Positions 9,501 to 18,325 of a DNA stretch of 64,000 bases are shown here, piece by piece. Position 1 is the stretch's first letter. Each line of letters begins with the position of its first letter. Source of the stretch: a virus. Taxonomy: Duplodnaviria > Caudoviricetes. The notes under the pieces were generated by a model. That model was not told the DNA's origin, did no database searches, and worked only from the letters and a program-made list of their open reading frames with translations. Both the position numbers and the translations under genes were made by a program. The stretch lies in the IMG/VR virus record IMGVR_UViG_3300006752_000009; one strand, 5' to 3'.

Positions 9501-11264
9501 TCAGCCTTGACAGCTCATACATTCATCAAGATCATAATCTTTTAATGCCTTACGCTCAATCTTCTCACTCACTTTATCGGCTACAACACCAGCGTTGGTG
9601 CGAAGATAGTACAAGCCCTTGAGCTTCTTCTTCCATGCACTCAAATGAACAGCGTTGACATAGTTCTTATCTGAACCAGCAGGGAAGAATAAGTTGACCG
9701 ACTGACCTTGGCAAACCCACTCTTGACGAACGGAAGCGTGTTCCACAATCCACATTTGGTCGATCTCAAAAGCAGTCTTGAATGTGTCCTTTTCAATCTG
9801 AGTTAAGAAATCTAAGTGCTGTACGCTCCCTTGATTGAGGATGATACTCTGACGCACTTCATCGAGATCAATGTCCTCTTTCTTCTCAAGCACAGCTTCA
9901 AGATACTTATTGAACTGCAAAAACGACCCTGCTCGTGTCCTATGCGTAAACGCATTTGACTTCCAAGGTTCGATACTTGGGCTTGTATCGAGAATGATAG
10001 CCGAGTTAGCGTTTGGGGCGATGGCGAGAAGATGGCTATTCCTCATGCCCGATCCGATACCGTCAAGGTACTCACCCTTGATTTCTGCTAAACGCTTAGA
10101 GGAAGCTACTGCTCGTTCTTTGATGGTTGAGTAAATCTTACGGTTAGCCGAGACAGCAAAGATCGACTCAAAGGGCAGACCCTTTTTTTGAAGATAGGCA
10201 TGAAAACCCATTGTACCTAAACCAAGAGAGCGTTCGGCTTCTGCACTCTTGATCGCCTTCTCAAGTTGAGGGGGAGCGTTTTCAATGAAATACTGTAGGA
10301 CATCATCTAAGAACTCGATCAAGTCCTCAACGATGGGGGTATCTTTCCATTCATCGAACATTTCAACATTGAGACTAGATAGACAACAGACTGCCGAGCG
10401 ATTAGGACCTGTGGGAAGATGAATTTCATTACAGAGATTTGAGCCATGTATCTCCAACCCCTTATCCTTGAGGGGCTGTGGGAGATGTCTATTGGCTTCA
10501 TCAATAAAGTTGAGGTAAGGCTCTCCTGTACGGAAGCGTACTTCAAGGATGCGTTGCCATAGTTCACGAGCATCTACGGTGTCTCTGACTGTATTATCGG
10601 CAGGGTCAATGAGATTCCAAGTTCCACCGCTCATCACAGCAGTCATAAACTCATCAGTAATGTTAAGGGCATTGTTAAGGTTGAAACACTTACGGTTAGT
10701 GTCTCCACCTGTAGGAAGTCGAAGGTTCATAAACTCAACGACATCGGGGTGGCTAATGTCGAGGTAAGCCGCATAACTACCTTTGCGTGTAGACCCTTGC
10801 CTATACGCAACCATATCCGAGTCTACGGTTTTGAGAAAAGGAATAGGTCCTGGTGCTTTTTTGCTAACTGAGCGAACATCATCCCAATGTCCACCGACAC
10901 CCCCTCCCATAACGCTCATCCACCGAAGCTCCTCTGTGTGTTCGATCAGACCCTCAACTGTGTCGGGTACATAAGTGAGGAAGCAAGAAATCGGCATACC
11001 TGTACTCTCAGCGTTCGAGAGTATAGGTGAACTGAACATGAACCAACCTTTGGTTGCGTACTCTAACACCCTCTCAGCAAGTTCTTTATTTGGGGTGTAT
11101 GCGTAAGCGGCTCTCCTAAATGCTTCCTGTGGTGATCCGTCCGACTCTTTCATGTAATAAGAGTTCAATAGTGTCAATGCGTGGTCTGAAAAAGGGAATC
11201 CCATGCCTTTTCCTTTCATTTTTTCAATCGGTTTTTTCTCATAGTTGCACTTGAGTTCTCTCAA
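9501..11264 (-). CDS. nrdA: ribonucleotide reductase class I alpha subunit (no ATP-cone seen)
   Basis: SSPIL, SCF, GGGVG, GEPY, SNLCNE, VCCL, IAPNA, KGLYY, C-terminal CMSCQG; exact start uncertain (11264 or ~11219). Confidence 0.97.
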   Translation of the reverse strand: MRELKCNYEKKPIEKMKGKGMGFPFSDHALTLLNSYYMKESDGSPQEAFRRAAYAYTPNKELAERVLEYATKGWFMFSSPILSNAESTGMPISCFLTYVPDTVEGLIEHTEELRWMSVMGGGVGGHWDDVRSVSKKAPGPIPFLKTVDSDMVAYRQGSTRKGSYAAYLDISHPDVVEFMNLRLPTGGDTNRKCFNLNNALNITDEFMTAVMSGGTWNLIDPADNTVRDTVDARELWQRILEVRFRTGEPYLNFIDEANRHLPQPLKDKGLEIHGSNLCNEIHLPTGPNRSAVCCLSSLNVEMFDEWKDTPIVEDLIEFLDDVLQYFIENAPPQLEKAIKSAEAERSLGLGTMGFHAYLQKKGLPFESIFAVSANRKIYSTIKERAVASSKRLAEIKGEYLDGIGSGMRNSHLLAIAPNANSAIILDTSPSIEPWKSNAFTHRTRAGSFLQFNKYLEAVLEKKEDIDLDEVRQSIILNQGSVQHLDFLTQIEKDTFKTAFEIDQMWIVEHASVRQEWVCQGQSVNLFFPAGSDKNYVNAVHLSAWKKKLKGLYYLRTNAGVVADKVSEKIERKALKDYDLDECMSCQG

Positions 11265-11304
11265 AGAAGAACCAAGCGACTCTTATGCTTGTGGTATTTA
11301 TTAT

Positions 11305-12237
11305 CTACAAAATACCAAGTACACCAACCTTAAACTTCAACCAACTGTCCCGACCACCAGAGACTACATTGTTCTCACACTCATAAAGCACATTCAGCAA
11401 CCTACGAAGGTTTTGCACACCTCCAAAGGAATAAATCTTGGGTGCGATAAAGTTTTTTATCGCATATGGATTTTTCCTCAGATCGCTTGCAATCTGCTCA
11501 AGGTTCATCTTGGCTTCTACTCGTAAACCTACTTCAAGTAGATTGATACAGTTCGACAATAAGATCCCATTACAGACAGCCATCGTCTGATCTGTCTTAG
11601 ATGAACGCTCAATCTTCTCACAGACCTTGATGAACGCTTTGTGGTTTCTCTCCATGATCGCATTGGACAAGTCAATGAAGCTCGCTTCGGTCAGATCAGA
11701 AATCAAGTTTACTACGATGTTTGGTGTGATCTGATCTTCATCTCCAACAGCATGGACATACTTCACCACTTCCCATCGCAAAGCACCTAAATCAATCCCG
11801 ACCCTGTTCACAACAGCACGACACAGAACAGGGTCGATCTTCTTTTCATATTTCTCTACATATTTATGCACCCAATCGCTCGCCCATTCTTTCTTTTGAT
11901 CCTCGTACTGTGGTTCATCAAGTTTTCTTGAAAGATAACCCTCTAAGGCTTTCGGTAGGCGATCATTTGTGTGTACGACTAAGACCTCACTCGCTCCTCT
12001 TGCTTTGAGATGTTGATCGAGCTTCTTGTTCTTGGTCGGGTTAGTTAGCACAACAAAGATTGGGTCTGTATCAAATAATCCAGACTCGAAGGCTGTCATG
12101 AGATCATCGGTCTTAGCGTCTACCTCACGAACATCATATCCATTAGCCCGATACTCAAGTGTGATGTCTCTTGCTGTTAGGTCAATCCACTGTTTTGATG
12201 ATCCGTATAAGACCATTACATTTTCGTCATTACTCAT
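11305..12237 (-). CDS. holA: DNA polymerase III delta-like clamp-loader subunit
   Basis: Size and the pattern G.DLGAL..E..K.....G....IT...V..L...., with a helical C-terminus, resemble HolA; coupled to the holB-like gene. Confidence 0.6.
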   Translation of the reverse strand: MSNDENVMVLYGSSKQWIDLTARDITLEYRANGYDVREVDAKTDDLMTAFESGLFDTDPIFVVLTNPTKNKKLDQHLKARGASEVLVVHTNDRLPKALEGYLSRKLDEPQYEDQKKEWASDWVHKYVEKYEKKIDPVLCRAVVNRVGIDLGALRWEVVKYVHAVGDEDQITPNIVVNLISDLTEASFIDLSNAIMERNHKAFIKVCEKIERSSKTDQTMAVCNGILLSNCINLLEVGLRVEAKMNLEQIASDLRKNPYAIKNFIAPKIYSFGGVQNLRRLLNVLYECENNVVSGGRDSWLKFKVGVLGIL

Positions 12238-12817
12238 TTTTTAACCCTAAGAAATAGCCATATACGCACACCTTGCGTACATGAGGTCTTTTAAGAACAG
12301 CCTTCAGATCATCGTCATAACGCTCTACTAATCCCTCATCAACTAACACATCCACATACGCTTCAAGAAAAGCTCTATGTTGCCCCTTCTCGATCTTTTT
12401 AAGGCAATCTGATACGAGGATAAGGTTTTCATCAGAAAGAGCCTTAGAGAGCGTTTTAGCGTCCTCATAAAGTGGGTGTTGAGGTTGGGGCTGATAATGA
12501 AACCTCTCCCCACACCTTGATCGGATCGTTTCGGGAACAGACCCATAGTCTCTAGCCCATAAGATCAGTTCGGGGGCAGAGGGATAAGGTTCTTCAATCC
12601 TCTTAAGTAAGATGTCTAGCGTTTGAGGGTTCGCTTCATCAAGAGGACCTGCTACTAAGAGTGGGTTATCTTGAGGCCAAACTTGAGAGTACATCTCCAC
12701 TAACTCTTTTACAGCGTCAGTCTTTAAGTCTCGGTAGGGGGGTTTAATGAGAGTCTTACCTTCCATGAGATCAGCTAAGGCTCTCTCAACTCCCGACCCA
12801 TGATGTATGAATAGCAT
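12230..12817 (-). CDS. holB: degenerate DNA polymerase III delta'-like subunit
   Basis: PLDEAN..TLDILLKRIEEP and PETIRSRC match the delta' DEA..LLK.LEEP and SRC motifs; only 195 aa, no Walker A. Confidence 0.65.
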   Translation of the reverse strand: MLFIHHGSGVERALADLMEGKTLIKPPYRDLKTDAVKELVEMYSQVWPQDNPLLVAGPLDEANPQTLDILLKRIEEPYPSAPELILWARDYGSVPETIRSRCGERFHYQPQPQHPLYEDAKTLSKALSDENLILVSDCLKKIEKGQHRAFLEAYVDVLVDEGLVERYDDDLKAVLKRPHVRKVCVYGYFLGLKNE

Positions 12818-12849
12818 ATAATCTCCTTTCTTTTACCCTTATAGATTTT

Positions 12850-13575
12850 TACCCTTTACATCTCCTCGTAAGTCTCATATAAGGGTTCTTGTGTTTCCCC
12901 TTTGGGGATTGTCTCTAGTCCTCTTAAGTGAGATCAAGACAGGAGATGGTTAATGACCATTAGGTGGGATAGTCTAGCTTCTAGTACGCACCTAACGACA
13001 CAAAATTAACTGTTCATACGCTGTGGCTTATATGTACCCTAACCTTTTAACCGAGATTGGGTATGCTCCTTGGGAGAAGAGCTGACTTAATACACTTGTT
13101 AAGTTTCATTCTAGGAATACCTCAACTAGATCAGCTTAGTCTCTTACTCGTAGCTTACATTAGATACTCTTTAGAGTAGATAAACTCTTAGAGGAGTATA
13201 CTCTAAGAGTTAGTAAGATACGAAGTATCGCTAGAGTTAAAAAGAATACTAAGAAAAAAACTACAACTACAACTTTAACTTCTACAAGTTCAAGTTCTAC
13301 ATCTACTACTACTAATAGTACACCTACAGGTACTAGTAGTTCTTCTTCAACTCATTCAGCTTCAGCTACTATATGTTCTACTCTATCTTAACCTACATCT
13401 TCTACATCATCTTATCTTATTATATCTTCCAGTATATCGTATTATCCATATATGCGATATGTGTATATAGAAGATACCTTATCAGTAAGGATAAGGTATC
13501 AAAAGATAGTATTTCCTCTTAGTTAAATAGAGGAAATATGGTATAATCTCTCTAAGATACTAAGAGAGAGATTAA
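12850..13575. other. long non-coding, AT-rich, hairpin-rich region (candidate replication origin/control region)
   Basis: No ATG-initiated ORF of 60 aa or more; perfect inverted repeats at 13183-13211, 13473-13500, 13510-13538, 13544-13574; G-poor tract ~13255-13445. Confidence 0.45.
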
Positions 13576-13580
13576 GAGAA

Positions 13581-13928
13581 ATGAAGTTAATAGAGATCAA
13601 CCTATCTGGAACAAATGAAAAGGATGTAAAGAGCTTATGTGAAGCTCTAAGCAGAAGGTTCTTAGGTTGTACTCTCTACAGGACTATCGGTTATTGGAGT
13701 GAAGAAGGTTATCAGTTTAAGAAATCTTATGAGGGGACCAAAGAGGAACAGGGGTATGGGATTAAGGTCTTAATAGAAGATGATCTCGATCAAGTGGAAA
13801 AGATTATAAGAACCTACTTATCGGAAACAGATCTGAACTGGGTTCAAGTAGTATCTTATGGGGTAGATACCCATCATGTAAACTTGAGGGGGGAGTTTAA
13901 AAGGGTAAGTTCATATAAGGGTAGGTGA
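13581..13928 (+). CDS. hypothetical protein
   Basis: 115-aa ORF, first of a co-directional trio. Confidence 0.5.
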   Translation: MKLIEINLSGTNEKDVKSLCEALSRRFLGCTLYRTIGYWSEEGYQFKKSYEGTKEEQGYGIKVLIEDDLDQVEKIIRTYLSETDLNWVQVVSYGVDTHHVNLRGEFKRVSSYKGR

Positions 13929-13958
13929 ACCAACCAACCTTAAAAGGAGACTCACCCT

Positions 13959-14303
13959 ATGAGTGAAGTAAAAGATTTAAAAGAGCAGATCGTTCGTATT
14001 CGGGAAAACACCAAGATCACTCAGATCATGGTTTCAAGGTGTGTGAAGATGCCTCGTGGTGGAGGAGATGTTTTCGTTTCCTTAACAGGAAACTACGGTG
14101 AGCCTAATGATGTGGAGGGAGGATTAAGCCTCGAAGATGCAAAAGTGGCGACCCATTTACTTGGGCTTGAAGCAAACATCATGGCTTTCCAACAAGCTAG
14201 ATCATCGGGTATCTTATCGGCACAACAATGTGATAGTGCCATAAAGCACACAAAGAACAACTTTGGTCAGCTCCTTATGAGCCTAGATGGAGACAAAAAA
14301 TAA
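13959..14303 (+). CDS. hypothetical protein
   Basis: 114-aa ORF with AAGGAG RBS. Confidence 0.65.
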   Translation: MSEVKDLKEQIVRIRENTKITQIMVSRCVKMPRGGGDVFVSLTGNYGEPNDVEGGLSLEDAKVATHLLGLEANIMAFQQARSSGILSAQQCDSAIKHTKNNFGQLLMSLDGDKK

Positions 14304-15142
14304 TGATTGAACAAGCGTATATTGATCGCATTTATGAGAGACTTACAGCTATGGATGTCCAACTTGATGCTGACCCTATTGAGTTTGGACCTAGTCGGCT
14401 TAACTACAAGACATCAGAGGTTCGAGGGCATCTTTCATCAACTGAAAAAATCTTCATGGAAGTCAGTCACAATCTTCAAAAGATCAAGCGTGATCTGTTG
14501 ATCCGACAGACCGAATATAACATCGAACAGACTCAGCTCATTGCTAATGATCCCCATGTGCGTTCGGGTCGCTCCCAAAAAGAGCGTGAAGCACTAGCGG
14601 CCACTAGACTCGTTCATATCCAATCAAAGATCAATGACCTCACTTTGTCGGCTCATGATCTTGAGGACTTGATGACGGTTATTAAGGCAAAGCGTACAGA
14701 CCTTAAAGACCTTCAAGGTCGATTACGAGATCAGTTGAAGTTATGCCAAGAGCAGATCGCTTTAGGTCAGCGTTGGGGGTCTAAGACCTTTACATCTAGG
14801 ACTTTTGATGACCCTAATGTGATCTCCACCGAAGTCAATACAGCTAAACTTGTGGATCAGTTTATCACTCAGCGTCAAAATGCTGAAGCGAAGGTTGATG
14901 AGCAAGCTGAACAAATGACTCAAGTCGAAGCAGAGACACCTAAGCGAGAAGTAATCTCTGTAGAGGACGAACTTAGTGTAGCTTTGTCTCAATCTCCTAA
15001 AGACAGTTCCCCCTTAAATGGAACAAACACTAAAGCGAATGAGGACGAGATTGAGGGCTTTGTAAAGACTCCGTTGGAGGAGATTGATACAAATGTTGAT
15101 GCGATTGATCTTGATGATCTTTTTGCTGAGTTTGGTGGTTAG
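14303..15142 (+). CDS. coiled-coil hypothetical protein with acidic tail
   Basis: TAATG coupling with the upstream gene; heptad-rich middle; ends DLDDLFAEFGG. Confidence 0.65.
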   Translation: MIEQAYIDRIYERLTAMDVQLDADPIEFGPSRLNYKTSEVRGHLSSTEKIFMEVSHNLQKIKRDLLIRQTEYNIEQTQLIANDPHVRSGRSQKEREALAATRLVHIQSKINDLTLSAHDLEDLMTVIKAKRTDLKDLQGRLRDQLKLCQEQIALGQRWGSKTFTSRTFDDPNVISTEVNTAKLVDQFITQRQNAEAKVDEQAEQMTQVEAETPKREVISVEDELSVALSQSPKDSSPLNGTNTKANEDEIEGFVKTPLEEIDTNVDAIDLDDLFAEFGG

Positions 15143-15282
15143 GTAGACAAGGGGCTGAGTCTTTCTGCATAGGGCAGAAAATACGAACGATACCACCGCA
15201 TTTATAACAGGAATGAGGAGACATACTAAGAGCCTTTGAGCGAGGGTTGAGAGGGTATTCTTTGATACCCATAAAAATACTA

Positions 15283-15444
15283 TTAAACAACCCTTACCAA
15301 AGAGACTCGATAAAGAAGGTTAAAGAGATCTCCTTTGTGCCTCTTTCTTTTATTTGTCTCTTCGATTTCTATTCGGACAGGTTTAGCCGAGTCCTCGCTA
15401 CAGCAAAGAGTACAGCATATCACTAATATAAAGGTCAGTCTCAT
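15283..15444 (-). CDS. small putative secreted/lipo-protein (MRLTFILVICCTLCCSED..., 53 aa), not in the ORF track
   Basis: AGGAGG RBS; hydrophobic N-terminus followed by Cys residues. Confidence 0.45.
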   Translation of the reverse strand: MRLTFILVICCTLCCSEDSAKPVRIEIEETNKRKRHKGDLFNLLYRVSLVRVV

Positions 15445-15500
15445 CGAAAAAATACCTCCTATTTAATCTTGGGAAACAGGGGGTATTTAATGACTATGAA

Positions 15501-16031
15501 TCAAAGTTTGAGAGGATCGCCATTATCGTCAAAAAGACGCTCAACATCGAATGTTCCGTCTTCGGATACTTTCATACTCCATAGGTCTTGGGTAGCCTTA
15601 TGTACTAGGGTAGACTCACCACCTGCTTGGCTCAAAAAGCTCGCTGAAAGGTTAGGTCCACTCAACACGATGAAGTGATCCTCAATGCTCGCAACTTTCA
15701 TGCTTGCTACACGCAAGAAGTTAGCAGGGATGCGATCAATCTTGTTGCGTCCGTCAAACTTTACAAACACCTCTCCGTCAAGAGAGGTAACGTCACCTGT
15801 TGCAGTCTTAACAGATACGACTGTTCCCTTTGTGCCAGCAGTCGGGAGCTGACCAGGTAAGATCACACCGTTATTAGTGTGTGAGACTACACGCATACCA
15901 TCTTCAAAGTTGAGTGCTTCTCTTTTATTCTTGCGACCCCGATCAGTTAAGTCAGAAATCTTAGTATCAAGAACAGCGTCCATGCTAGAGGTCTTTTGAA
16001 ACGAGCCAAATACAATGTCATTATCCCACAT
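15501..16031 (-). CDS. probable virion structural protein containing RVAS/KVAS motifs
   Basis: AGGAG RBS; class A box at 16077-16088; start codon inside a 13-bp hairpin. Confidence 0.6.
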   Translation of the reverse strand: MWDNDIVFGSFQKTSSMDAVLDTKISDLTDRGRKNKREALNFEDGMRVVSHTNNGVILPGQLPTAGTKGTVVSVKTATGDVTSLDGEVFVKFDGRNKIDRIPANFLRVASMKVASIEDHFIVLSGPNLSASFLSQAGGESTLVHKATQDLWSMKVSEDGTFDVERLFDDNGDPLKL

Positions 16032-16122
16032 AATCAGTCTCCTAGTGTGAATAAAGTGTCTGATTATGTGGGCGATATAAAGAAACTATTAAAGTAGATC
16101 TCTACCTGTGGATCATAAACGA

Positions 16123-16539
16123 TTACTTAGCAGGGATTGAGTTTGGCAGATTAGTGATTGTTTCACTAATCCAATCATGACCACTATCTAACAAGTCTTC
16201 ACCCCAAAAGCTAGGGTCAGAGATTTTCACTGTAATGCAAATGCAAGATTCACATTCCGATGTAGTTACAAAATCTTCAATCATCTGACTGTGGGGCCAC
16301 TGATTGATAGAGGTTTTAAAATCTTCTACAGATCTTTTTAGGATCGCCCTGTTCATGTGCATGAAACAAAGGTTAATTTTGTCTTCTTCATACTCACGAT
16401 CATCTACCATGATGATAGCACGAGCATTACTTAATTTTGCTGTCTTTGCGGCAGACTTCGTTCTTCTTGAGGTGCTGTTTTCAAGTCGAGCAATACGATC
16501 TTCAAGATTTCTGATGGTTTCGTTTGCTGATCTTCTCAT
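16123..16539 (-). CDS. MRRSA-leader cassette protein (payload unknown)
   Basis: Begins MRRSANETIRNLEDRIARLE; conserved 5' module at 16540-16602. Confidence 0.8.
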   Translation of the reverse strand: MRRSANETIRNLEDRIARLENSTSRRTKSAAKTAKLSNARAIIMVDDREYEEDKINLCFMHMNRAILKRSVEDFKTSINQWPHSQMIEDFVTTSECESCICITVKISDPSFWGEDLLDSGHDWISETITNLPNSIPAK

Positions 16540-16602
16540 AATGGTTCTCCATTTGGTTTAAGATTAAAGGGATCACTTATTGATAGGGGGATAAATAAAC
16601 TA

Positions 16603-17253
16603 TTAAACACGCTCGTACTTGATGACCTCATCAACCAAACCAAGCTCAAGACACTTCTTAGGGTTCATCCAAAGATCACGCTTTAGAAGATCTTTGAGTT
16701 GCTTCTTCTTCATGTTGGTGTTCTTGAGGTAAATGGACTCCAACATTTCCATGAGCGAGTCCATAGACTCTTTCTCATCAGTTAGGTTCTCGTATGTTCC
16801 CCATACACCTGTGCTGATTTGGTGGATGAGCATGAAACTATGCTCGGTGATGAAGCGTTTAGTTCCGACACAAGACATGATAGTCGCCGCTGACGCCGCC
16901 GACCCCTCGACATAAGTGAAAACAGGGATGTCCGAGTCTAAGATATGGCTCGCCCCTGCAAGACCACTAAAGGCACATCCTCCACCACTATTGATATGAA
17001 GGTGGATCGCAGGAGCTTGAGAGAGTCCAAGATCAGTGACCATATTAATGATCTGTTGACCGATGGACTTGATCGCAATCCCCATCTCCATGACAGACTT
17101 CGGAGAGATGCCTTGATAGAGGTAGATGTGATTGTCGCTTACGGTAATCTCACCATAGAAATCTGCTTGTGCGTTTTTGCGTTGAACATGAGCTTCTTCG
17201 TCATCATAAACTCTACGCATAGTGGGTGGGTGGTTAAAGTATTTCATAATCAT
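16603..17253 (-). CDS. clpP: ClpP-like serine protease
   Basis: LHINSGGG, GSAASAAT (catalytic Ser), MLIHQ (His), RDLWM, GLVDEV; start placed at 17253 by ATGA overlap with the upstream stop. Confidence 0.88.
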   Translation of the reverse strand: MIMKYFNHPPTMRRVYDDEEAHVQRKNAQADFYGEITVSDNHIYLYQGISPKSVMEMGIAIKSIGQQIINMVTDLGLSQAPAIHLHINSGGGCAFSGLAGASHILDSDIPVFTYVEGSAASAATIMSCVGTKRFITEHSFMLIHQISTGVWGTYENLTDEKESMDSLMEMLESIYLKNTNMKKKQLKDLLKRDLWMNPKKCLELGLVDEVIKYERV

Positions 17254-17672
17254 GCCCTTTCTCGGATTATGTGAAATCCTTCTAGCCAAGCTAGAACAAG
17301 AGGTCTAAGAGATTGAGTGGCGAGTGGGGAAAAACACTCTGGCATTTTCCGATGTCCTAAGATACAGTGGTCTTTCTTATACGACAGACAATGGTCTTTT
17401 TCATCACAGTCTTTGGGTACATCAAGGAGCTTTAGACAGCCTCTAGGCTCTCTAAGGTTTTGGTTCATCAGAGGGGTTGTGAACCCTCTCATTGCTTGGT
17501 CGAGTATGTCATGTGAGACTTCGGGGATTAAACGCTCTACAGGTGTTCCTACAAGGTCAGAGAACGCACCCCAATTTGTACTCTCATAAGGAAGGATCTT
17601 AGCGATCTTAGGGTTATTCCAATGACGATCAGTAAGGGTCATAAAGATTAACCCATCTCTACGGTACATCAT
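17250..17672 (-). CDS. hypothetical Cys-containing protein
   Basis: Reads ATG ATG TAC on the minus strand from 17672; overlaps both neighbours' start/stop codons. Confidence 0.65.
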   Translation of the reverse strand: MMYRRDGLIFMTLTDRHWNNPKIAKILPYESTNWGAFSDLVGTPVERLIPEVSHDILDQAMRGFTTPLMNQNLREPRGCLKLLDVPKDCDEKDHCLSYKKDHCILGHRKMPECFSPLATQSLRPLVLAWLEGFHIIRERA

Positions 17673-17992
17673 TAGTGGACGACCTCATCCTTCTTCATGA
17701 GTTCGATTTCTCTAAGGCATATATTAGCAAGATCTTCGGATATGATCTTTTCATCGGTGAGGTAATCTACAACTAAAGGGTGTAATGTGCCGATAAGAAG
17801 GATCGGTTGGCGATCATCATTTTTATCGGGGGTTACTAACACTTGCATTTCGGGGAAGATACGCTCTATCCCCATCATTCGCCCAACATAGAACCACATT
17901 TTAATCAGTTCTTCTTTTGAGTCTGACTGAGCTACTATATTGTTGAGTATTGCCTGCAATACTTCAACAGGATCTATTGAGTCGTTGTCCAT
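17672..17992 (-). CDS. hypothetical protein
   Basis: AAGGAG RBS inside a 12-bp hairpin (17993-18026). Confidence 0.65.
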   Translation of the reverse strand: MDNDSIDPVEVLQAILNNIVAQSDSKEELIKMWFYVGRMMGIERIFPEMQVLVTPDKNDDRQPILLIGTLHPLVVDYLTDEKIISEDLANICLREIELMKKDEVVH

Positions 17993-18040
17993 GATACATC
18001 TCTCCTTTTATATAGAGAGATGTATCTAAAGACTACAAAC

Positions 18041-18325
18041 TTAATGTTGTCTATGCAGACATCTCGCCCTAACCTCATTGAGCATAGATTCGATCTTATT
18101 AAACTTATCTAAAAATTCTTTATAGGGTCGAAGCACATCTTCATCACTGAGGTTATCGAGCATTTCAGCGGCATCATCAAAGATTCTTTTAAGATCACGA
18201 TTTTCACTTAGAAAGTCATGGTTTTCATACTTTTTTCTAAGGTCTACGAGCCTACCTAGATTGTCATCTAGGTTTTCTCTCACATCGTGAAACATCTTGG
18301 TTTTAGAGACTGCGTTTCTTACCAA
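18041..18325 (-). CDS. hypothetical protein
   Basis: 94-aa ORF overlapping the upstream stop. Confidence 0.5.
   Translation of the reverse strand: MVRNAVSKTKMFHDVRENLDDNLGRLVDLRKKYENHDFLSENRDLKRIFDDAAEMLDNLSDEDVLRPYKEFLDKFNKIESMLNEVRARCLHRQH

Noticed and set aside
3905-11264. Introns or inteins in nrdA/nrdB
   Set aside because: Both ORFs are continuous, of normal length and have all motifs in order
13164-13391. 75-codon open frame, Lys-rich then Ser/Thr-rich
   Set aside because: No ATG/GTG/TTG start or RBS, and low complexity explains the lack of stops; treated as part of the non-coding region
15315-15335. 15-nt match (GATCTCTTTAACCTT) to the cassette 5' module inside the small ORF 15283-15444
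   Set aside because: No flanking class A box, RBS or leader in register; may be chance or a very old remnant
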